Source: Methanomassiliicoccaceae archaeon
Lineage (GTDB): Archaea > Thermoplasmatota > Thermoplasmata > Methanomassiliicoccales > Methanomassiliicoccaceae
Length of the DNA: 12,410 bases
Direction of reading: 5' to 3'
Assembly (NCBI GenBank): GCA_963728405.1
Contig: CAVSJV010000012.1
Span: 1-12,410 of the forward strand
The notes beneath the pieces are model-generated. The model was not told the DNA's origin and made no database searches. It worked only from the letters and a program-made list of their open reading frames with translations. The position numbers and the translations under genes were made by a program. Numbering within the stretch: position 1 is the first letter of the stretch; every line of letters begins with the position of its first letter. Shown here one piece after another: positions 1 through 9,009 of the stretch.

Positions 1-20
1 CTAATTCTTCTGGCTTCACT

Positions 21-47
21 CGTTTTCCCCAATAGTGTTGGGAAACG
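21..47 (-). terminator. Imperfect inverted repeat just after the inferred integrase stop (terminator or recombinase site)
   Basis: cgttttccccaa-tagtg-ttgggaaacg; arms differ only by one extra T and one extra C in runs; starts 3 nt after the TAA at 52-50. Confidence 0.4.
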
Positions 48-49
48 CC

Positions 50-716
50 TTACCTCGCGAACAACGTCGGCCTTACCGTTTCCTGGAAGGCCTGAGGGTT
101 CGTCCTCATATCCATTCTTATCAGGTCCAGATACGTCGTCTCTCTCCTCTTGGACCTTGGCGAGATCATCAAGGGTCAAGCCTGGATAGATCATGGTCAT
201 ACCGGTGTCGGCATGACCCAGCATGGTGGATGCCTCGGTTATTGACGACCCTGAATAGATCATCGATCTCGCTCCCGAGCGTCTTAGGACATGGTTGGAT
301 ACTTGGCTCTCATCAAGTCCGGCCCTTCGGGCTACCGATTTTATCAGATTGTCCAGCGCAGTGTCCTGGTAGGCCCCGAGCTTCCGCCCATATCGTGCAT
401 ATAGCATGAATTGGTCCGGTATTGTCGCGTTCGGATCATGTTCTAGGGCCTTTACTATCATGTCTTCTCTCAGTTTCTGGTAGTATTGGATCTCCCTAAG
501 CGTTTCTCTCGCCCATGGAACGGTCCTCCACTTGCCTTCACCGCGGCCTTTGCCACATACATCCACCGCGTTCTGTTTTATGTCCCAGATGGTCAATCGC
601 TCGACCCGCATCGACTGTTCCGGTGATTCGTCCACATGGGTCTTGAATAGACGATTGTTGATCTGCCCACCGGGGTCTTCGATGATCTCCATCGACGCAG
701 CCCATATGGTGGGCAT
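50..716 (-). pseudogene. Tyrosine recombinase/integrase, catalytic C-terminal part (truncated or internally deleted; not in ORF track)
   Basis: Manual minus-strand translation from ATG 716: ...MRVERLTIWDIKQNAVDVCGKGRGEGKWRTVPW...SNHVLRRSGARSMIYSGSSITEASTMLGHADTGMTMIYPGLTLDDL. Contains the GKG..K.R.VP lysine loop (554-516), H-x-L-R (293-282), LGH (221-213) and catalytic Tyr (188-186). A canonical box-I GxRxxE motif and an N-terminal binding domain are not recognisable. The frame stays open to the window edge; removing one base near 140-150 gives ...TTYLDLIRMDMRTNPQAFQETVRPTLFAR* with stop at 52-50. Confidence 0.85.
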
Positions 717-731
717 GCCTTCGATAATAAA

Positions 732-1151
732 TTACGGCACTTCTAACAAAGTCAGGGTATTCCTTAGGCCAATAACAACCTCATCAATCTCCTCCACGGT
801 CATAGGTTTGATCAAGTAGCCATCGGCCTTGTTCTCTTTGGCCTTCCGCATATCATCGGGAGACCTGGAGCCGCTGTAGATGAGCACCTTGATGTTGCCA
901 TCATGGCGGCGAATGAACTCCAATACTTGGTGACCGTTGCGTTTAGGGATATTAAGGTCCAATAGAATCAGGTCTGGTGACTCTTCTGTACGATCGTTTA
1001 TCCGTTGGAATAGATCGATGGCCTTCTGTCCGTCATCGACCGTGGTGATCTTGACATCTAGACCAGTTTCCAGAATGAACTCTCTGACCAATTCAGCATC
1101 AGCGGGATTGTCCTCGACGATAAGGACCCTAAGCGGTCTGGGATTGCTCAC
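732..1151 (-). CDS. Stand-alone response regulator receiver (Rcp1-like), 139 aa
   Basis: VLIVEDN acidic pocket, PDLILLDLNIPKRNG phospho-Asp, YSGS, YLIKP; no output domain; GTG start overlaps the kinase stop (GTGA, 1151-1148). Confidence 0.93.
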   Translation of the reverse strand: MSNPRPLRVLIVEDNPADAELVREFILETGLDVKITTVDDGQKAIDLFQRINDRTEESPDLILLDLNIPKRNGHQVLEFIRRHDGNIKVLIYSGSRSPDDMRKAKENKADGYLIKPMTVEEIDEVVIGLRNTLTLLEVP

Positions 1152-4100
1152 TCAATTCTCCCCCCCGCCTTGGGGATGGTGAAGTAGAATGTCGCTCCCT
1201 TGCCTTCCTCCGACTCCACCAAAATGCGACCGCCGTGCCGTTCCACGATCTTCTTGGCTATCGCCAGACCGACGCCGGTGCCCGGATATTCGCTCCTGGT
1301 GTGAAGACGTTGGAACATCTGGAACAACATAGTGGTGTGTTCCATATTCAAACCAATGCCATTATCCTTGACGGCGAAGACCCATTCCCTCGGTGCTTGT
1401 GATGCCGAAATATGAACGATCGGTCGTTCCGGCCCGTGGAACTTGATGGCGTTGCTTAACAGGTTCTGCATCACCTGGGCCATCTGCGTCCCGTCGGCCA
1501 TTATCGTTGGCAACGGTCCGACCACGATTTTTGCTTTGCTCTCCTCGATGGGGACCTTAAGGACCTTGATGACATCCTCGACGACCTCGTTCATCGCCAC
1601 TGGGGCAAATTTCCTACCTTTGGTCTCAATTCTGGAATACTCCAGCAGGTCGTCGATCAGCTCGCGCATCCTCTTTCCGCCATCGACGGCGTAGTGGATG
1701 TACTCCTGGGCCTTGGGGTCGAGCTGGTCCTTGTACTTCCTATCCAACAACGATAGATAGCTGATGACCATGCGCAGCGGTTCTTGCAGATCGTGCGAGG
1801 AGACGTAAGCGAACTGTTGCAGCTCGGCGTTGGAGCGGGCGAGATTCCTCTGCGTATCCAGCTCCTCCGTTATGTCAGTGTTCGAGCCGAACCAGCGAAC
1901 AATCTTGCCACTCTCGTCCCTGATCGGGAACGCCCTCGACAAGAACCAACGATAATTGCCGTCCTTGCCTCGGAGAGGGAAGGTATCCTCCCAGGCCTCT
2001 CCTTTCTCAACATGATCGCGGAACTTTTCCGTTACCTTATCGACATAGTCGGGGTGATGAACCTTCTGCCAGCCCCAGCCCTTCATCTCATCAAGCGTGG
2101 TGCCGGTGTAGTCATACCACCGCTGGTTGTACCAGAAGATGTAACCGATCTCATCGGTCATCCACGCTAACTGGGGAATGTTGTTGGCAAGCGCCTTGAA
2201 TCGCTCCTCGCTCTCCTTGAGCGCTTCCTCCGCTTCCCTGCTCTCGGTGATATCTTGAACCATCCATACCGTGCCGGTTATTTTTCCTCTATCGGCAAGG
2301 ATGGGTTTTGCGGATACAATGAGTGTTCCTATCGAACCGTCGAACTTCAGTATATCAAAGGTGGCGGTAGAAGCCTCTCCCATTAGAGCGCGAGCGGCTG
2401 GCCACTCCTCCGGCTTGACGAGTTCTCCGGTATCGGGCCAGAACGCTTGGTACTGAGCGTAGTCCGATACTCCCCTTACCCCAGGCCTGCCCTTCCAGAA
2501 CTTTTCTAACATGCCATTCTCGATCACCACGCCGCCCTTCTTGTCGGTGAAGCCGACAGCGACAGGTATGTTGTCGAAGACAGCCTGGAGGCGAGCTTGT
2601 TCCTCCTCAACTGCCTGTTCCGCCCTCTTGCGCTCGGTGATGTCGAGGAATGAGGCCACGCTGCCGCGTACCCTGCCTTCGTCGTCGAACAGCGGCCGGG
2701 CGTTGCCTAGCATGACGATTCTCCGCCCGCTCGGCAGCAGGACCTCCAGCTCGGAGTCCTTGACCTCGGCGCCCTTGGCCGCTGCCTCCTGCATCGGCAG
2801 TTCCTCTGGCCTTAGCTCGCGGCCGTCCCGGAAGAAGCGTCTGGTCCGGTCCCACTCCCCGCCCGAAGCTGGTCCGGCCGATACGGTTCTCTTCCTCCTT
2901 CGATTCGTAGAACGAGTCGGCCGCCTGGTTACCGGTAATGACACGGCACTCGGGGTCGTGCGCTACCCAGATGGCCGCAGGGACGGTGTCCATAATGGTC
3001 TCGACCTCCTCGGTACGCCGGCGGGCGAGCTCGGCGTTCTCCTCCGCCTCGCGCTGCGCGAGCTTGATGTCGGTGATGTCCCGAACAACCGCTACTGAAC
3101 CGATGATATCGCCATTGGCCCCCCTGACTGGGGATGCGTTCACCAGGCGATATCGAAGCTCTCCGGTGCCAGGCGTTCTGATAATTTCTTCCAGGTCCCT
3201 TATCACCTCTCCCTTCAGGGCTCGTGATGTGGGAGCCTCATCCACGGGGCGTGGACTACCATCAGCACGGAATACCTCCAAGCTGGCGGCCAGCTTCCTT
3301 GCTTCGATTTTTTCGTTCGGATCTAAAACAAATTCTTTGATGGCCGATGGATTGGTCAGAGTGAATTTTCCCTCGGTGTTGGAGAACCAGACCTCGTCGC
3401 TGATGCTGTTAATCAGTGAGTTAAGTCTATCCCTCTCCTCTTTCACTGTATCTTCAGCTTTCTTGCGCTCGGTGATGTCTTGAGCTGTTCCGTAAACTTT
3501 GATAGGTCTGCCATTATCGTATTGAGCCAACGCCTCGGCGTGAATGTACCGTTCGCTCCCATCGCGAAGGACCACCCTGTAGTCGATGTTATAGGGCGCA
3601 TTGTTCTTGATCGTGTTATCCAGCGCGTCTAGGACCCTCTGCCGGTCCTCCACGACCAAAGTATCAATATACCGTTGGAAGAAAGTCTTCGGATCCGGAG
3701 TAAGGGAGAACATGCGGTATAGCTCCTCAGACCCGGTCACTTCATCGGTCACCAGGTCCCACTCCCAGCTCCCTAGGCGAGCGATGCTTTGGGCACGATT
3801 GAGTTTAGCCTCGCCCTCCCTGAGCGCTTCCTCCGTCTGCTTGAGCTCGGTGATGTCCCTTATCTGTAGCAGCACGTCCCATTTTTCGGTGTCGTTCTCG
3901 ACCGGAGAGCCGATCCAATCGACCCAGAACTCCACACCATCCTTATTCTTTATGCGGTAGTTCTTGATCTCCTTTCCCTTTCCGCTTTCGGAGATACACC
4001 GCACACTGGCTACGGAGGGATTGCTCTCGCCGTCCGCCACATAATCGGCGAATCTTACCCCGATGAGATCCTTGTTCTCGAGAGCTTTTGGGAGGTATTC

Positions 4101-4226
4101 TCGATAGTCGTCGCTAAAGTACTTGACCCGGAACTCGTCCGTTGATAAGAGAACAACAGCTCCTGGAAGCTGTCTGATCAAGTTTAGTGCGGACGATCTC
4201 TCATCCTTTTTCACATGGGTCGTCAT
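1148..4226 (-). CDS. Soluble multi-PAS sensor histidine kinase (~6 PAS/PAC + HisKA + HATPase_c, ~1025 aa), split by a +1 indel at 2885-2886
   Basis: Joins track ORFs 2607..4253 and 1148..2944: GAG AAC [C] GTA TCG GCC restores EENVSAGPASGG. Repeated DIT(E/D) PAC linkers; H-box AYVSSHDLQEPLR, N-box QNLLSNAIKF, G1 KDNGIG, F-box FQMFQRLH, G2 GTGVGLAI. Start set at ATG 4226 (MTTH) by homology with the second kinase. No transmembrane segment seen. Confidence 0.9.
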
Positions 4227-4433
4227 CAGTACTTTCCAGCCATCACCCTTCAACGGAGTGGTCCACTATCTCAATGGAAAATGATACATGAACCCTCTCC
4301 CGAAGCGTTCTCCAATACGGGGATTTAGATTAAAATAATCTCTCCACGAATACACACGCCGGACCCCGTCCTCTAGTCTAGATATGATTATTGCATTTTT
4401 GCATTTCACTTTCGGCCACCTCCCCCCTAAAGC
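4214..4433. repeat. Kinase leader/promoter direct repeat, copy A
   Basis: Aligns with 8803..9009 at roughly 85% identity by eye, including 47 identical bp (4303-4349 = 8892-8938); covers the first four codons (MTTH) and ~200 bp upstream. Confidence 0.95.
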
Positions 4434-4435
4434 TG

Positions 4436-4442
4436 TTTAAAA
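4436..4442 (+). promoter_or_regulatory. Putative archaeal TATA box for a leaderless zinc-finger gene
   Basis: TTTAAAA centred ~26 nt upstream of ATG 4465; no Shine-Dalgarno motif before the ATG. Confidence 0.5.
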
Positions 4443-4464
4443 GGCCCGCTCCTTCTTCGAACCT

Positions 4465-4644
4465 ATGCCAACTCCTGCTCATCACGAGTTCGTCCGGAAG
4501 ACCGTATCCTGCCCCCGCTGCGGATCGCCTCACAAGGTCCGGTTCCGCTACAACATGCTAGAGGGCGAGGAACGCTGTGAACATTGCGGCGAGGCAGTCA
4601 TCTTCAAGATGGAACTGGACAAAGGATTCATGAACCGCCTCTAG
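4465..4644 (+). CDS. CPxCG-type one-domain zinc-finger microprotein, 59 aa (not in ORF track)
   Basis: MPTPAHHEFVRKTVSCPRCGSPHKVRFRYNMLEGEERCEHCGEAVIFKMELDKGFMNRL*; CPRCG + CEHCG knuckles, GC-rich codon use, upstream TATA-like box. Confidence 0.8.
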   Translation: MPTPAHHEFVRKTVSCPRCGSPHKVRFRYNMLEGEERCEHCGEAVIFKMELDKGFMNRL

Positions 4645-4651
4645 GTTTTAT

Positions 4652-5267
4652 TTACCATCCTCGTTTCAAGCGAACGCCTTCCAATCGTCTGCCACCATGC
4701 TCGGCCTCATGACAATGGACGCAAAGAGTGACAAGATCCCAGGTGTCGTTCGTTCCCCCATGGCTTAATGGAATTTTATGGTGGACCTGCAACCCTTTAC
4801 TTGGCCGGTCGGTCTGAATGGTCGCCCTTTCTTATGTTTGGAGAATTCACCCTTTACACCGCAACGAACGCAACGATAATGGTCCCTTCTTATTATTTGG
4901 CGTCGTAGTTGTCGCCATTCCTCGCTTTGCAGACTGCCTCCCGGATAGAGCCGTTCTGATGATTCCTGGTAATCTGGGCTGGGTTGTGAGTATGGTCTTT
5001 CGGGCGGTCTTGGGTAAGTCGGCCCTCTTTCTACGGGGGGCCTTTCGAACAGCTTCCGATACTCAGCGGTGCTTTCTATATATCCTGAAGGTTTTTCGAG
5101 TGACGGCGAGTAAACATAATTCGGTAAAGGGTTTTCGAGCGGTTGCTGGTACACATCATTTGGTAACTTATTCCATCTATTCGCCCAATTCTTGTAGTAC
5201 TGCCCTTTTGTTGCTCTCTTTCACGAATGTTATGGAAGAATTGGATGATCTGGGAAAATGGGAACAT
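4652..5267 (-). pseudogene. HNH endonuclease with Pro/Tyr-rich N-terminal extension (~205 aa), two -1 indels
   Basis: Track ORF 4765..5154 gives EWRQLRRQIIRRDHYRCVRCG; a frame change at 4791-4795 continues LQVHHKIPLSHGGTNDTWDLVTLCVHCHEAEH...GW* (stop 4654-4652). The N-terminus MFPFSQIIQFF (ATG 5267) probably joins through a second shift near 5203-5205. Confidence 0.8.
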
Positions 5268-5628
5268 TGATCGCCATCGCATTGTGGTGATTAGGAGAGT
5301 ATAGTTTTAAAAATATTAAATCATTTATTTGAAGACGGACAATAAAACTAACCTGCTAAGACCGATACCAAATCTATCCATTATCGACCATTGAATAATG
5401 AATAAAAAAAAGGAAAGTGTTTCTGGTAACAGTTTAGGTTCTTTCATAGTTTTGATAAGGAGTTTAGAATATTATATGGATAGTCGATGGAGCACTTCCC
5501 GACAGGAGCACCACTTTCCATATACAGGTAGTAGCCCCCCGCTACTTATCGATGTATTTTTTAAATTTGTCTAATCATGCTCGACCTCGCCCAATCTAAT
5601 AATTTTTCAGTGAAGCTTTTCTTAAGGC

Positions 5629-5811
5629 TCAAGGATGACCAGAAACCACCCAACTTAATAGTGCCCAGATTAAAATGTTAACGACAAATGCTAAAGCAAA
5701 AACAATTAGAATGAGTTGCCAGAGTTCAAGTTTCCTCTTTTTCTTACTCGATGGTTCAGTTTTCTCTAAATTTGATTGGACTATTCCTGTGACTTCAGAC
5801 TGACTTTTCAT
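5629..5811 (-). CDS. Small single-pass membrane protein, 60 aa
   Basis: Basic patch KKKRK followed by the hydrophobic helix LWQLILIVFALAFVVNILIWALLSWVV; GGGGAAGG directly before the ATG. Confidence 0.6.
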   Translation of the reverse strand: MKSQSEVTGIVQSNLEKTEPSSKKKRKLELWQLILIVFALAFVVNILIWALLSWVVSGHP

Positions 5812-5861
5812 CCTTCCCCAACCAAGGGCTGGATAGCCTAGGATGAGTATAATTTTATTCT

Positions 5862-5980
5862 AAAAAAGGGAAGAGGTTTTAGATTATTTATTATAGCCAC
5901 GAACAAGAGATTTATACCTTCCTTGGTACATTTGTGAGTTTAGCCAGTCGGTTGGGCGGGTTCAAATCCCGCTCTGTCCA
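5862..5980. repeat. Unit-end element copy 1 (U-rich terminator on minus strand, spacer palindrome, tRNA 3'-like fragment)
   Basis: 5869-5953 aligns without gaps to 11285-11369 (62/85 identical by manual count); the last 17 nt match 11378-11394 at 15/17. Confidence 0.85.
5956..5980 (+). other. tRNA 3'-end fragment (T-arm + acceptor 3' strand), putative att scar
   Basis: GCGGG-TTCAAAT-CCCGC is a 5-bp stem with a canonical 7-nt T-loop, followed by TCTGTCC-A; no D-arm, anticodon arm or 5' acceptor strand upstream. Confidence 0.7.
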
Positions 5981-6012
5981 CTTTTATAATATTATCATTA
6001 TGCATATGTTCC

Positions 6013-6108
6013 ATGGACAGGAAGAATATAAAAAGACTGACGCATGAACAGTATGCCAGAATGATTCAGGAACAGACTTACTTACTCCTTCAAGCAAATA
6101 TGACGTAA
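6013..6108 (+). CDS. Possible 31-aa leaderless small ORF
   Basis: MDRKNIKRLTHEQYARMIQEQTYLLLQANMT*; TTTATAA at 5983-5989 and a T-run at 6110-6115; no recognisable motif. Confidence 0.3.
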   Translation: MDRKNIKRLTHEQYARMIQEQTYLLLQANMT

Positions 6109-6155
6109 ATTTTTTAAGAAGGTGTCCTGCTACAGTAGTCCAGTTCTTAATAATA

Positions 6156-6560
6156 TCAGTTGACCGTCCGCTCGCCCAGCAAGATCTCCTTGAGCATGCC
6201 GGTCATTTGCTCCATCTCCTCAAGGTTCATCGGCTTGATGAGGTAGCAGACCACGCCGTTCTCCTTGGCCAATTCCCTATCGTCCGGCGAGGACGAGCCG
6301 GTCAATATGATCACCGGGGTTCTGTCGACGATGCCGCGATTCTTCAGCATATCGAGCAACTGATGGCCGCTGAACATCGGCAGCTTGAGGTCCAGGAGAA
6401 TGAAATCTGCGACGTTCGTTTCTAAGTACTCCAACGCTTTCTCACCATCGCTCAACCAGACCAGTTGATGCTCGATGCCGGTGTCCTTCAGCACTTCCTC
6501 GATGAGATGAGCATCGCTCCTGCTGTCCTCGATGAGCACGATCCGAAGAGGTTCATTCAT
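6156..6560 (-). CDS. Stand-alone response regulator receiver (Rcp1-like), 134 aa
   Basis: IVLIEDS, FILLDLKLP phospho-Asp, LTGS, YLIKP; overlaps the kinase 3' end by 8 nt; paralogue of 732..1151. Confidence 0.93.
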   Translation of the reverse strand: MNEPLRIVLIEDSRSDAHLIEEVLKDTGIEHQLVWLSDGEKALEYLETNVADFILLDLKLPMFSGHQLLDMLKNRGIVDRTPVIILTGSSSPDDRELAKENGVVCYLIKPMNLEEMEQMTGMLKEILLGERTVN

Positions 6561-8815
6561 CTAATTCCCCCCCCCCGCTTTCCGGTATTGTGAAGAAGAA
6601 AGTGCTTCCCTCGCCCTTCTTCGACTCGACCCAGATGCGGCCGCCATGCCGCTCGACGATCTTCTTGCTGATGGCGAGACCGATGCCTGTGCCAGGGTAC
6701 CGTTCGTTGGTGTGAAGACGCTGGAACATCTTAAACAGGTTCTCATGGTACTTTGGATCGATGCCGATGCCGTTGTCTTTGATGGCAATGATCCAGTCGT
6801 GGCCTTTGTGTTGCGCCGTAACCTCCACTCTCGGCACTTCCGGACCGCGGAATTTGATGGCGTTGCTGACGAGGTTCTGCAGCACTTGGGTCATCTGCCC
6901 TTCGTCGGCCATGACGGTCGGTAGGGGATCGATCGTCACTTGCGCTTTCGCCTCGCCGATCGCCAAGTGCAGGCTGCTCTCGACCGCCCTGGCGACCTTG
7001 TTCAGATCCACCGGTGCTAATTCTTTCTTTCTCGAGTCGATGCGCGAGAATTGTAGCAGGTCATCGATGAGCTGCCGCATGCGCTCAGAGCCGCGAACGG
7101 CGGTGCTCATGTACTCCTTGGCCTGCGGACTGAGCTCGCCGCCGAACTTCTTGTTTAGTAGCCCGAGGTACGCGGTGACCATCCTCAGTGGTTCCTGGAG
7201 GTCGTGTGACGCCACGTAAGCGAACTGCTGCAGCTCGGCGTTCGAACGCCTAAGATCTTCCTCCGCCTTCTTGCGCTCGGTGATGTCCGTGAAGATTGCG
7301 GCGAAGTGGTTTCTCTCCGGTAGCGCGGAGGCGTGGACCTCGAACCACTTATCTAGCGAAGCATTGTACTCTTCAAAGTTTACTGGTCTACCGGTGCGTA
7401 CGACCTCGCCGTACCTTTCGAACCATCCCGGCTCGATGACGGGGAGAATTTCGCTTATTCGTCGACCAACCACCTCTTCCCTACCGATACCGGTCTGCCT
7501 CTCGTATGCGGGATTTACGTCCAGGATGAGCACATCGACCGGCCGCTCGTTCTCGTCCCAGAAGAGCTCGCATATTTGGAGCGCTTCGACCATCACCTCG
7601 AACAGATTGCGGTACTTTGCCTCGCTCTGCTTGAGCATGTCCTCGGCCCGCTTGCGCTCGGTGATGTCAATTCCAACCGCAGCTAGACGATCTTTCCCTA
7701 TGGGGAAATACGAAGCCAAATAGCTCCTATCACCCCACTCGGTCTCAAACATCTGTCCCTCGCCTGAAGACATTATTTCCTTGGAACGCTCAATACCATC
7801 CTTCGAGCCTCCCAAGCCCCAGAGATCCGTCAGTCGCTTCCCGCGCATGCTTGGAAGCGGCGCGCCCAACTGCTTTTCGAGTGGGGGATTGACATCGAGC
7901 ACGACCCAATCCACGATCTCGCCATTCCCGTCTCTCACCATCTCGTAGATGCCAATGTTCTGAAGCGAATTGGTGAACATACTGCGGTATTTCCCCTCGC
8001 TCTCCATGAGCGCTTCTTCTGCTTTCTTGCGTTCGGAGACGTCCCGTATTATCATGCTGGTCTTCGTGTTTCCGTCGGCGTCGGTGAACAGGCTAGAGCT
8101 GACCTCGCCCTCGAAGGTGGTGCCGTCCTTGCGCCTCAGGTTCAGCAGCCTGCTCCCCCCGCCGGCCTCGGCCCGATGCCGTAACGCCTCCTCCAAACGC
8201 TCGTCCTTGACCAGGACGGCCGACCGGCCGCCTCTGAACAGCTCCTCCTCGGTCATGCCGAACATGCGTTGCGCGGCCGGGTTGGCGCTCAGTATGCTGC
8301 CGTCTGGTTTGGTGAGCAGCATGGCATCGTAGCTGTTCTCGAAGACCGAGCGGAATCGGGCCTCGCCCTCCTCGGCCCTGCGCTGCGCCTCCTTGATGTC
8401 GGTGATGTCGGTGAGGATGGCCGCGACCAGGTTATCGCCGGCCCTCCAGGCGTTGACGCTGTAGTACCTGTCGTATCCGTAGGCGTACCGCTCGAAGTGT
8501 GCGGGGATCCCGGACTTCACCACCCTGGCGTACTCCTCGATGTAAGCGCTGGGGAAGACACCGTATAGCTCATGGGCGGTTTTGCTCAGGACCTCCTCCC
8601 GGGGCTTCCCAGAAAACCTGACATACGCTTCGTTGACCTTCACCGGTCGGAAGTCGACGGCCTTGCCCCTCTCGTCGAAAACGAGCTCGACGGAGCTGGA
8701 ACATGTCGGACATGTTCTCGAATAAGTCGCGGTACCTCTCCTCTGACTGACGGAGATTCTCCTCCATCTCTTCATAATTAGACGGCCGATCCTCGTTCTT
8801 ATCATGGGTCGTCAT
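6553..8815 (-). CDS. Soluble multi-PAS sensor histidine kinase (4 PAS/PAC + HisKA + HATPase_c, ~753 aa), split by a +1 indel at 8692-8693
   Basis: Joins 8570..8815 (MTTHDKNE...LRQSEERYRDLFENMSDMFQL) to 6553..8805 (VELVFDERGKAVDF) via CTC [C] GTC GAG. H-box AYVASHDLQEPLR, QNLVSNAIKF, KDNGIG, FKMFQRLH, GTGIGLAI. Confidence 0.92.
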
Positions 8816-9009
8816 AAGTACTTTCCAGCCATCGTCCTTAGGCGGAGTGGTCCATTATCTCATTGGATAATGCTACTTGAACCCTCTCCCAAAGCGTTCT
8901 CCAATACGGGGATTTAGATTAAAATAATCTCTCCACGACCGCACACGCCCGACCCCGTCCTCCAGATATGATTATTGCATTTCACTTTCGGCACCCCCCC
9001 CCCTTAAGC
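8803..9009. repeat. Kinase leader/promoter direct repeat, copy B
   Basis: Homologous to 4214..4433; lacks the two micro-duplications (tctag, ttgcatt) present in copy A. Confidence 0.95.

Noticed and set aside
1-716. Integron integrase with attC cassettes
   Set aside because: No recognisable IntI-specific features and no RYYYAAC...GTTRRRY attC pattern in the end elements.
35-3960. Plus-strand track ORFs (35..409, 532..819, 937..1182, 1443..1694, 1784..2170, 2271..2456, 2511..3098, 2938..3483, 3601..3960)
   Set aside because: Antisense shadows of the integrase, receiver and kinase; Ser/Arg-rich with no motifs.
4818-5270. 150-aa plus-strand ORF
   Set aside because: Antisense to the HNH gene, whose motifs are clear.
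5404-5450. Third copy of the end element
   Set aside because: Only an A-run and a short tttagg..ttcatag similarity; lacks the palindrome and tRNA tail. More likely an ordinary minus-strand terminator.
5900-5985. Complete tRNA gene
   Set aside because: Only the T-arm and 3' acceptor strand are present; no complementary 5' acceptor strand, D-arm or anticodon arm can be folded.
2627-7668. CRISPR array or DGR-like repeats
   Set aside because: The repeats are in-frame PAC linkers at irregular spacing; no cas or reverse transcriptase gene, and no adenine-specific mismatch pattern between repeat copies.
6207-8781. Plus-strand ORFs over receiver 2 and kinase 2, and the nested 6561..6788
   Set aside because: Shadow or alternative frames of well-supported genes.
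1148-8815. Bacteriophytochrome or LOV photoreceptor
   Set aside because: The kinase cores resemble the Cph1-like class, but no GAF-PHY module or GxNCRFLQ motif is visible.
8853-8872. Fur box
   Set aside because: The GATAATG half-sites are in the opposite order and spacing to the canonical GATAATGATAATCATTATC.
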